From contig MQRK01244381.1 in the NCBI GenBank assembly GCA_001938485.1, positions 38,689-102,688 on the forward strand: a stretch of 64,000 nucleotides of DNA. Direction: 5' to 3'. Positions 11,401-24,550 of this stretch are shown piece by piece. Made by a program: the position numbers and the translations under genes. Numbering within the stretch: position 1 is the first letter of the stretch; every line of letters begins with the position of its first letter. Below the pieces are notes generated by a model that was not told where the DNA came from, made no database searches, and saw only the letters and a program-made list of their open reading frames with translations. Origin of the DNA: Girardia tigrina (taxonomy: Eukaryota).

Positions 11401-14400
11401 AGAAACAAAGTTCAGGCAAATCCGGCCCCCCTCACATTACGATCGCGTCTTATTCGTCTTGAAACAAATTAAATAATAACGGAATCAATTAGATTTAAAT
11501 TATTATCAATTTGATTTTGAATAAACTGTCAGTTGAAAATTCTCGTCCTGTAATCGGATCACAATCACTTGTGGTGGGATATTTTTTGATTTTTAGCGAA
11601 ACATGAAAGAATATAAAGCTAATCCCAATCGAACGGGATTAGTCGTGTGGAGTTTTGATGTACTCGATATAAGTTTAAAAACTCTTCTGATGTTTTTCTT
11701 CCTTTTAAAAATAGGAGGAATTGTAGATCAAAATTAGAAACTGTTTCAATATTAATGCTGAGAAATTGACAAAAAATTGACGTATATTCTTAAAATCTCT
11801 TGAAATTTAGTCTAAAAAGTTTATATAATTTCTTGCATATATTCTAAGTATGAGGAAAATGATAAATTCTCTGTATAGTTTAGTTTCTTAATTTAATTTT
11901 TACGAAACACAAAATTTTTGCAAAAAAAACGTTCTGGACATTTTCAAGCACTACAACAAATTTCGGTGTGTATAAAAACCCCCATAATCAGTATTTATTT
12001 CACTTGAAATTTATTTCCTCTTCAGATGATGATGGTTATTTTAATCTTGGTCTTGCTGAAAAATTTTCCCTAAAGAGATTGTTTATGTATAATGCAATGT
12101 TTGGTGTTACAAAAAATATTATTTTGTTTAAGAGTCAGCAAAAGTCACTTCCTGTCTCAATCATAGCCTTTGCTTCACTGACAATGACACAACAACACTT
12201 ATCGAATGGCAGTTCTTTCAGTTGTGCCAGTTGAGTTCTTCAGAAAAAGTAAAATCATCTTGAATAGATCGACTAAAAATAAGAAGTTGTTTCGGAATTT
12301 ATATTATAAATTATCTATCATTATATGATTCCATATATATACGTAGTTTTGATCATTATTTGTTTTGTCTAATGATGACGGGTGATCCATCGAAATTAAT
12401 CACATTTTTTAAAAATAAAATTTTTTTAAATTTTGAATTGTGTTTATATTAAATAATGCTTAAAATAAAAATCTAAATAAAATAATTAAACATAGTTCAT
12501 TTTTTTAATAATAAATATATATACATAAAAGCCTAATGTTTTATCTACGTAACGCTCATATTATTTACTTACAATTGTAAGTAGATAATTAAATTAATTT
12601 AATTTTTTTGTGGCAAAAATTGTTTTACAGGTAAGGGTTTGGGGTAGGGTTTAGGTAAAGGGTAAGGGTTAGGTTATGGTTAGTGTAAATGTTAGTGTCA
12701 GTGTTAGGGTTTGTAAAGAAAACAAAAAAAAATTAAACACCCAATTCGAAACAAAAAATAATAAATTATAACTATGATTTGTTAATTAAAACAAACTTTC
12801 AAAGACAAAATTTAACTCCCCTGTCATACATGACGGGTTTTTTCCTTGTAAAAAATAATTAAATGAGTCAATTAGCTCCAGTATGTATGCCAATATAATT
12901 AAAGAAAAAATATATAAAAATATATAAAAAGAAAATCGCGTGATTGAATGAGATGATTTACTCTGATTGGTTAACTAATAATTAACTAATAATTGAAATT
13001 TTGTCGAGCATTTAATTTGAAATTTTGTTGAATGTCGGATTGAAATTAGTTGTCAAACATTAACTGTTTAAGAATTTTGTCGAACATCAATTTGATTTCG
13101 AAATTTTTTGAACACTATTTATTTTGAAATTTTATTGAATGCTAGTTGCTAATTATTTGAAATTTCATCAAATTATGATTTATTTAAGAAAATTTATCGA
13201 ACTGTTATTTTTAAATTTTGTATTACGAATTTTACTGAATCAGATAAAACAAATTTACTATTCAATGAGCGAACATTTAATCTCCACAATAAAATGGATC
13301 CAGCACGAACACTAAATCCCAGAATTTCAAATCTGACACCAGTACTCTATTGCTACCTTACGGTATTTTGGGCTACCTGGAGATCAGGAAGAACAGAAGT
13401 TGTTTGACATCTGTTGTATCTGTACTCTAATTAACACAACGAAAAATATTCACATAGCTTTTACAAAGAAAATATTTAATGCACATGTAAGTAAACATAA
13501 CTGAAAAAGCGATCTTTATGATGATCTAATAATAATATTACATATTCCATACAATTTAAACCCTAAAATGTACAGTTGAATGTTTTAACTTAAAGTTATC
13601 CGAAATGCCTGAATTAAAATAAAATAAATGAATTATATTCTTTATACTCGAATAAGAGAACTAAAAGAATTACATGATATTACTAAACATCCTCGCTGAA
13701 TTTTATAAAACTAGACCCCATAAAATAAAAAAGAAATATTTTATTTAAATATTAATCTGTAAAGTAATTAAGTCAAAAATTATTTAGAAAGTGTTAAAAT
13801 AAATTAAAAAAGAAAAGAATTTCCTTTTAAGAAAACTCAATAATGTTTAAAACAAATGTCGTGTTTGTTTTAAACTACTCACATAATTAAAATATAAAAT
13901 GATTTTTTTATATTTAAGAAGAATACTTCTAAAATAAGTCAAAAATAATAATATTTCTCAATTAGCTTCTTCAATTATTAAGTGTCAAAGATATTTTTCC
14001 AATTATTACTTTTTCAAAAATAAAATTATTTTGATTATTAAACTTATTTAATTATCTTTATAATGATGATTATTAAAATACTGTTTATAATTTTCACATG
14101 TAAAATTTCATTTATTTGTTAAAATTTTTTATAAAATTAACGAAGAATTTAATTTTAATTGACTTGAATAAAATATGTAAAAATAAATAAAAATTTAGAA
14201 AATTAATTATTAATTTACTTTCTTTTCAGTAGCGATGGCGTAGACAAATTTCGGATAGAAAACTATATTTATTTATTTTTTTCAAATTGTAAAATATATA
14301 TGAAAACAAATTATTAAATTTGAAAATATTAAGAAAAAATATTTAATTTCTTCATACTCAATTAAAATTAAAAAAAATGTTAATTTTTTTATTAAAATAA

Positions 14401-17400
14401 ATTTTTTACTTAAGTATAACTATTAATTGTTATTTATTATTAAGTAATTATTTATTTATTTTTGATTTTTAATAAAATGAAGAAATTCAAACACATGTAA
14501 AACAAACAAGAAACTAATTATTATTTAACCAAATATTTGATAATATTTAATAGGTAAAAATTAATAAAAAGAAATTCAAGAAAATTATTTCTCTGATTTA
14601 AAAAACTGATTTATTAATTTATCTGTAAGTAAATTCATAAATGATAAAAATAATAAAAAAAGTCTACATAAAGATATTCTTATTAACATTCGTTCCTTAT
14701 TTATATACAATGACCTAACTTAGTGAAAAAGGAAAAAACATCTTTTTAGTAACCATTTATTACTTCACGACTGTTTAGTTCTTGATCGAACATCATCAGG
14801 TATATATAGAATTGAATGGCAGGTTAAAAAGTTTACAATTACCCCTTAATGCTCCCATTTGAAATAATTCTTAAATAGAAAATCTTAAAATTTGTTTATA
14901 ACTCGCTCATGATGTCCCATTAGATATTTTGTTACTAAGAAAGAAGTATTGACATTATAAACAAAATTTTAAATTGTTTTTCAACAAAAACAAAGCTCAA
15001 TTAAAATAATTTTGTCACTGTATACAAAATACAAAACAATGCATGTATCTACTGAAAATGTCAGTCTTCAGTTATGCCAATCATAGAAACAGTTGCGCGT
15101 ACGATGTAGACATAGTGGTATTTTACGTTTCGAGTACAAAATATTTTATCACGTTCATACGAACACAGACGACAGCGTTGCTGTTTTTCTCCGAAATTTC
15201 GGAAATAATCAAATAGATCGGATCAAACTGCCTTCTTTGGATTAGCAGTTACAACTTTTCTTCCAATTTCACAGGTGGGTATGTCAAAGGAGATTAATAA
15301 GATGGTCGTTCAAGTTTCTTCGCCATCGTTGCGGGTGTGAGCTTGCTTAGTATTAACAAAGAGTTAGGCTATGTTGCTTGAAAACGTATGAGAGTCATTT
15401 GTTGTCTTTTAAGTAGCTTTTGGATGATACTGTCCTGTCGGTATATTCTACAAGAACTTCATTCTTCTAATCAATCGATTGCTTCATTTTGTCGCGTAAA
15501 AATACTTGATTTACGAATAGTAAAACGTTGGAAGGCCATCAAAATTAAATTTAGAGATTCAGCAATGCAACGAAGAACATAGAGAATCGAGGATAACGGA
15601 AGTTAAGTCCTTCTTCCTATGTTTGAAAATATAAATGTTGAGTGAACAAATAAATCATTCAATGATTATTTAAGAGAAGAAATTAACAACTACATATGGT
15701 AAGAAACGCCCGATGAAATCGAACCAAACCTACAATCGATGAAGTTACAGGATGAATTACTAAAGCATGGGCCATGATCACCCCAGAGATAATACAAAAT
15801 AGTCTTCTTGCATCATACTTAGTGCCTGGTCAAATGATTTCAGAAACTTTAATTTATAAACATCAAATTTATGGTGAGAAAATTAAAAATACTATGGAAA
15901 AAACAGAATCATTCCGTGAATTGGAGAGATTTGGCAAGTATATTGCATGATCAAACTGTTTTTTGAATAAATTTTGTTATTTATCGTTAGACTCATTTGT
16001 TAAAGTTATAAGATTCAATTACTATGCTTATTGTTGATATTTTAAAGTGATGCATTATATATAATTCTAATATGCGAAATTTTATTTAAATTTTTATTAT
16101 TTTTTTAATAAAATTAATACAAGATAATGAGAACAATAGTTTGGTTTTCTTTACATTTATTTATATCGCAATTTGAATTGTCACTAGAACACTCCTCCGT
16201 AAAACTTGCGTAGCTTATCATTGTCCTAGATTGATAATCTTTAATAATATTCTTTAACGTCTTATTATTCAAACAAATTTAAATTACAATTTAATTATTA
16301 CAAGAATAATTTATACTTTAAATTTTAAATAATTTTTATTTATTTTAAGAAATTCTTATTAAAATACTATTTATGAAATATTAGTTTAATTTTAAAGTGT
16401 TTATTTAAATTTTAATAATTTTAATTATATATATATAATTAATTGCTTTTATTTAATTATTGTTTTATAAACTTTATTTAGTTGTTTAATTTACTTAAAC
16501 TTATTTAATTATTAATTTAATTTATTTACATTATCTTTCCAAAACTGACAAAATGTTCTATCAACCATAAATTAATTTCGCTTATGCGAATTTTCACATT
16601 TTCATGTTTTTTATCTGTTTCGGGCTTACTATATATCGCCGTTGACATAATTGGTTGTGAGTTGAATAAAACCCTTATCATACCAGCGGACAACGGACAC
16701 ATGTCGTTGAATGTTGCATACCCAGTCCGAGGAGACTATTCCTTCTTTTCTCAACTTGCTTTCTGGTTTCAGAGTTTTGTTTAAGCCCTTTTGTCGATTT
16801 GATGGAAGAGTGCCTAGAGCATTCCAGTCAAGTAAATGCATCTTCTCCAGCAATGTTTATCCAGTTAAATAATTATCGAATGCAATTTGATGGTGGTCCC
16901 TTTTTAATAATAACCCTTCCAGAAGATTGAGAATAATATTGCCTCTAATTCGATACACACTTTAGACACCATCAGACTTTCCTGTGGACACATTGATTAT
17001 ATAACGCAATCCGTTTGTACCGCAAACGGCCCACACTTTTATCCTTATTTGATGGGGTTTATTGGAAATGTACTTTTTGACTGGTGACCACTCTCCATAA
17101 ATATTAGTATTTTTCCAGGTTTCAGATGTATTTTTCCGTTTTCTATAGTAGAAAATCATAATGTGTCTTAAATGTTCCGATTTTTTCTCCATTTTAAAAT
17201 GATATTTGAATTTTAAATTTTCCATTACTTAAATAAATTTTTCTATAAAACAATAGATATGGATACTTACTTTATATAAAAACTGTAGATTTTTGAATAA
17301 GTTATATAGCTAATAATGTCCGTTTACGTTACCTATGTGCTAAACAAGCATTACTTTTCGGTCAATCATATATATATTCTGTTGATCAAATAAGTCGACT

Positions 17401-20400
17401 TTTATTATTTTTTTTCTTATCAAGTTTCTCCAAAAACTTATTAACCCTGACCATTTATCAAGCTTTTCAATTTCCTCTACAACAAAATATTACTTTGTTT
17501 TGATGCAAATCAACCTTCATAGCAATCAAAAATGTTTCTAATTTCGTTGATCGTTGTTTTTTTCCAGCCATATTCTCATACAACTATCATTTTTATACCA
17601 TCATTTAAAATGGGGTACGAAATCGATCGCATTTATGAACAGATAATAATAGCAAAGAATTAGTACACCGATCTAAAAAATTCTTTATTTTTCATTTTCC
17701 CATAACAAATAGCCCTGTTAACCATACTTCCTGCTCGCACTTTTAGAAGGTTTTATTAAAACAAAAGTTTAGAATTTATTTTACAACTTTTTAAATATAA
17801 TTTTTAACGATTCAATCTTAAGAACCTCACTCATTATCAAAGTTTTTTACAGAAATTACGTGAAAACTTTATGGACAATCTTAAATGTAGATATGATTTT
17901 TACGAAATATGGTTTTAAATTGTTTTTTTTAATTCAAAACACTTTCAGACTGAAGAAGGTCAATCCCATTGTACAACCAGTCCATGGTCAGAGATGTTCT
18001 TCATTTTTTTTAATCAACCTGAAGGGCCTGTTAGTCAAACTAGAAAAATAGAAAAATCTACTACAAAAGCAAGATTTAATGAACAAGGAATAATAACCTT
18101 ATCAATTACCTTATCCGGCATCATACTAGCCTTAGTGGGTATTGTAATCGGTTGTATTGTCCATAAAAGAAAAGCATCAAATAAAAAATGGGAGAATCCT
18201 GGTCGATCAAGTGCACCGGAAATACTGCAAGATGCACAAATGACACCCTTAGTTGACATCAATGTTCCTAAATTAGATCAAGAAATTCATATGTTAAGAA
18301 CTGATCAAAATTATGCATTTGATTCCAATAATGATGTGATAAATTTCAAAGGATATATGATTAACAATACCATATTAAAAAATCATTTTGACTCTCCAAT
18401 TCAGTTGAAATCTAAACCCTTTTTAAATAATCCAGATGCTGCTCCAGATATTGTGAATGTTTGCGATGGATTCAATTTCTATAACCACGATATACCTCAA
18501 CTTTCATTAAATATGTCATCAAAATACGGTAATTTTTATTTTTATCTAACAAAGTATCATATAAGTTTCGAAACAAAAGATTTATGCAAAAATAATAATA
18601 TTAATTTTTAAAAACATTTTTTTGATTTTATTAAAATAATAATAATAATAATATATATGCCGTTTATTTTGAGTCTTAATTCCAATGGCCAATTATTTTC
18701 CGTTGTCAGTGGTTGTCTATATAACTTCAAGTTCGCAAATACCTTACACTTAAACTATGGAACACTGCATAATATGTTCCTTTCCCTGGAAGAAAGGAAT
18801 TTATGATCACGAATTGCGTATAATTTTCTCAGAGCGAACATGTGTGAAAAGTGATGCCAGTGCCTTCAAGGGACCCGCGACATTCATGCGGAAATTGGTG
18901 CATGATTTCTGCATCATTTCATGACAGAGGATGAAATATCCCTATCCTTCTATATCCAAAAATATAGGACATCATTAAAAGAATGGAAACTCTAGGAAGG
19001 AGGGAGCTCTCGGAAGTTAAGGAGGGCATTTTTTCAGCTGAATAGATTATAATTATAAACGGTTACACAGCCAACAAAATCAATGACAAAGATTAAAGCC
19101 CGACGATCAGATAAGGTTCTTTTTGCATAACAATGCCTCCGTGCAAAGATCCACTATGGCTCATGCTGCTGTTCAGTGAATCCTCCCTTCTGCTCAGAAG
19201 ATTTCTTCATGTTCTGTCCTCCCCCTGAAGAAATATCTAAAAGGAAAATGATTTGCTGAAAAAGAGAATGTGATGCAAACATCGACCTCATTTCTTATCG
19301 AAAGCTCACTAACTGATTAAAAAAACCTTTTCCGATTTAGTCGAATGTTGGACTATGTGCTTTGAGAATGATGGAGTTAACGTTAAAAAAAAGCTTGTTC
19401 TCTTATTCTATCTACGTCATGCTTAAGAAATACACGCATTTTGTCTACGGAATTTTCGACTTCACCACGTAGAAATTTGTGAAACAAAATGAAAAAAAGC
19501 TGTTAAAAGTTTTTTCTATGTTATATGTATTCTCAAGGTATTGTTATCATCTTACCATAGTGAGTTCTGCAAAGTGAGTTCTTCCATAACAAATATGGCC
19601 TTTTTGTGCAGATTTTCTTGGTAATTTACAAGATAATGCAGAAAAAAGAAAATAATTTCTAGCGAAATATACTTTACTAATTGCCACTTATTTCTTTTCA
19701 AAATTTATTAGACATTTAAGACAATGGTAAACTTTACAGACAATATTTAAAGAGTTGACCTCTAGTTTACTGTTCAATGTAATCAATGAATTGTTCATTT
19801 TTTGATAAAGATGAAAAGGGAAATGTTTTGGATTCATGATTCTCTCTTTCTTTTCTTTTGAATTAGAATCAAAATTGAGATCATTATCTGTTTTAAAAAA
19901 ATATTTTTTTCCTTTTCCTTATTATATATCTATTGGATAATAATTAAATTCGTTTAAATATTAATTATTTTTGTGATAATAATTATATTTTTGAAAAATA
20001 TCTTTAAAGATTTATAAGAAATAAAATGTTGAGTGTTCAACAGTCGTTGTAACTTCCATATCAAATAATCTGAATTTAATAAACAATATTTTTGCACAGT
20101 TTCTTACCAGAAACTAGCAGCTTTGTCTGTATATGTATGTATATATGTATATATTTATCACATCTCAATAACTGCTAGACGCTTTCAAAACTCTAGAAAC
20201 TATATTTTTTGGATAGGTCTTGTTAATCCTTATATGGACCTGTATATTAAACCAAGGTCACTCAAGGGCAAACCAGATGTAAAAATTGCTAAATATAAAT
20301 ATCGATATCATTTATAATTATTAAAAATAGATTGTGTATAAAAATTAATTTGCACGCTTTCTAATTTTTAAAATTTTATAATTAAACGTTAAATTTTATT

Positions 20401-23400
20401 TTTAAAAATGTTGTATACACATATATATATATATATATATATATATNNNNNNNNNNNNNNNNNNNNNNNNNNNNNNNNNNNNNNNNNNNNNNNNNNATAT
20501 ATATATATATATATATAGTATTTCCAGTATCATTTAAGATTTTTCAATAAAATTAAAAGCTTTTATTGTTATTAAAATAAATGATGAATAAAATAAATCA
20601 ATACAGAAAAATCATTTTAATCTTTTACGCCATAAATTTTTTCATATTAACTGCAATGGATAACCAAATATAGCCTGAAGAAACTCAAAATACTACCAAT
20701 GCAAGAAGAACAAAGAAGAGAATTAGCAATGAAGTTAGACAACTAGTTATTGAGAAAATAAACTCCGGAGAAGATACGAAAACTAAAATAGCACGAGATC
20801 TCAGACTTAATTACAAAACCGTGGTTTCAATAGATAGGGTTTACAAACAAACAGGAAGAATCTTGAAGTTAGAAACGAAAAACAATCACGTTTGAAAAAT
20901 TACTCAAGAAATCAGCTTTTTTATCGAAAATTTAATTGAAAGAAATAATACGTGGTGCGCTCAATAAGTAGTGAGTCTAACATAAAAATAATAATCCGAT
21001 TCTAATGAAATTTATTTTTCATAACAAGCAAGTTATAAAGGTATAATTTCTCAAAGGATTCTCCATTCACACCAACACATTTTTTCTAGCGCACAACAAG
21101 GTCCAGAAAGGTTTTTTCGAAGAGTATCGGTGGCTGTTGAGCAAGAAATTTGAGACTGCTCCTTCAAGTCTTCTTTCGTAACAAAATTTTGACCCTTGAG
21201 AGCTCGCTTGGTGGTTGAAGAGATGATAATCGGATGGCGTCAGATCCGGGCTGTATGGAGGGTGTGAGAGCAGGGTGAGGCCACAACCCTCAATTGATGA
21301 CATTGACAGCCCACTTGTGTGGATGGGTGCATTGTCATGCAAATAATATAACTCACAAACTCTGCTCTTCCTTCTTAGCTTTCTGGCCTGTAGCACGAGC
21401 CAGGAGTAGTATTTACTGTTGATACGAACACCAGTTTCCGCAAAATCAGCGAGGATCATTCCATTTGAATCCCAAAAAGTAGTGAGCATGAGAGCCTTTT
21501 TGTGAGAGGTTGATGATCGCATCTTCTTCGAACACCTTTCCCCTGGCAGCTTCTACTCTTGAAACTCACGTCTTGATTCTGGGACATAAAGGGCAAGTGG
21601 TGTTTCATCCATTGTCATAATATTCTGTAAGAAGCGGTCTCCAATACGTTCATAGATGTTTAAGTTTTCCTGGCAGCACATCAATCGCCGATCCTTCATA
21701 TCTGCAGTTAAAAACCGTGGCACGAAGCGTGAACACGATTTTCTAATTCCAGTTTCCACAAGCAGTGATTGTATCGTACCTGTGCTGACATTTAATCGCA
21801 TTGTCGGTGGTGATTTGTCGCTCACATTGCACGATTTTCTTGAGTTTTTTCGCTATTTCGCCAATTTCACGTGACCTACCTGACTTTTCTTCATCAAAAC
21901 ATACGTTCGACCATCTCGAATATGGTTGAACCATCGTTTGACAGTAGATATGGATGGACTCTCTTCGCCATAAACAGAACTAAGCTCCACGAATATTTCT
22001 TCCAAGCTTTTCCCTTTCATTAACAAGAAACAAATAACACTTCGATATTAAATAAATTAAACAAATAACACTTACAATGACATTTTCGAATTTAAGCGCT
22101 CTCTAAACTAAACACAAATAATAGATTAAAACAAATATCAGAAATATTACCTTAATAACTTGCTTGTTATGAAAAAAAATTATTGAAATCAGAATATTAT
22201 TTCTATGTTAGGCTCCCTACTTATTGAGCGCACCACGTACAATAACAAAATAACAGATGAAATTTGGAATATATTTGAAGTTAGTTTTTCAGTTGAAACG
22301 ATTAGGAAACATCTTAATAAATTAAAAATTGCTCTTAAAAGAAGCAGTCTTGTTCTTAGTTAGAGTAAATGACGAAGAAAGACTTGTGTTGAGAAAAGTA
22401 TATGCTGTAAATTTCCTTACCAAATTTTCAGTCGATGATAGAAAAAAATATTTTTATTGATGAAAGTGGATTTAACCTGCATCTTAGAAGAAATTATGGA
22501 AGAAGTTTATCAGGTAAAAGGGTTTACAATGTTGTTCCTGCAATTAAAGGAAGGAATATAACACTTTTAATGGCCTTAAATAGTGAACGTATTATTTATT
22601 ATCAAATTATTCAAGGTAGTTGTAGTAGTGCAATCTTTTCTGAATTTTTAATCGAACTTAATCAAAAATTGGTTGATACTTACCAAATAACTGATGGAAA
22701 ATTGATTATGGATAACACTCGGCCACACACATCAGAAAACACGAGAATAAATATTGCGCAATGAACCAAAATTTATATCACCGTATGAATTTATGCTGAA
22801 TCCAATTGAATTTAGTTTCAGCAAAATAAAAAATTCCATTAGAACAGTAATGAATCAAAATTTAATTGAAGATTTTGGAGAAGTTATTGTAAATGGTACT
22901 GGATCTGTGAAACTGGATGGTTGTAATTGATGGTATAGGTTAATTAAGAGAAACAGTGCTCTTGCAATGCACAAACACAGGTTTGAATAAAATTGTGTTG
23001 CTTGTTTGAAATATGTTTTATATATTTTATTACCTATAAAAACACTTGAAATTTTTTATTTGAAATAAATTTGTTAATGTCTTAATTTATAATTAAAAAG
23101 TCTTAAATGATATTGGAAATGCTATATTAAACTATTCTATTTTAAAATGTATAATATTTTGCTATTTCATATAAGATTTATTTTGAATTTTTAAGGTATT
23201 ATAATTTTTTAAAACTTATTTTGAATACTTTCTTTTATCTTTAATTTTATAAATTCATGAATCTACTTCTTTTTTATTTTTTATTTAATTTGTAAAACTA
23301 TTAATTCTGTTTGAACATTTTCAACATCTTCTCCACAGTTTCATCTCAAAAGTATTTAATTTATTATTTTAAAATCTCTTTTTAAATAATATTCACTTAT

Positions 23401-24508
23401 TTAATTTATAGCGTATGTAAAATGTTTTCAACAATATTTTTTTAACTTTAATTTTATTGCAGTATTTTAATCGCACAATTATCAAATTTTAATGAATTAT
23501 CGTTTAAAAATTTTTATATTTTACCACGTTTTTCTTAGCTTCGTTTCTTGTCTGTCTGTCTGTCTGGAACAAATCTTGCGATTGATTTTTCGACCACTTT
23601 CAGTCATCCAATTGAGCTGAATTTTTTTATACAGGCTTGTTTCCGATGACAATACAATATTTTAAAACATTTACATTACGGATGTACGGAAAAAATTAAT
23701 AAATTGAACAAATATTGTGAAAATCAAGTGATAATTAAGTGTAGAAGTATTAAAATTAGGTTTAAAAATTATTTTGAAATAAAACTTGCTTTTANNNNNN
23801 NNNNNNNNNNNNNNNNNNNNNNNNNNNNNNNNNNNNNNNNNNNNNNNNNNNNNNNNNNNNNNNNNNNNNNNNNNNNNNNNNNNNNNNNNNNNNNNNNNNN
23901 NNNNNNNNNNNNNNNNNNNNNNNNNNNNNNNNNCAACCACGTTTTTCAAGCATTACCAATGCACTAAAAAGAGGAAAATATTTTTTTTCTAGACATGTGA
24001 GAAATTTTATACCTAACCAAAAACGTGGGGCATAGAAATGATCGATTGTTACCAAAAAGCAGTAAAGAGGAAATAGCAGTTACTATTAGCAGTAATTCAG
24101 AAATCCGCCCCACGTTTTTGGTTAGGTATAAAATTTCTCACATGTCTAGAAAAAAAATATTTTCCTCTTTTTAGTGCATTGGTAATGCTTGAAAAACGTG
24201 GTTGTTTTTATAAAAAAATTTTTTATTAATAATATTTTTCTTTTTCAAATTCAAAATATTTACGAGCTTAACGAATTCCAAACAGGGATTTTTGAGTAGA
24301 TTCTTGAGACTTATATGACACAAAAAAAATTTTTAACTTAAAATAGATTGAGTTTGTAGTAAGTCAGTCGTTGATAATCGATTTGAACATCATATACGTT
24401 TTCCATAACATAGAAATATAAGCTAAGTTTATGAGATAACATGATTTTTTCTTCTTTAAGGAAAAGGATACAACAAGAATAATGTAGCACAATTAGACTA
24501 GTGTCTTA

Positions 24509-24550
<42 letters not shown>

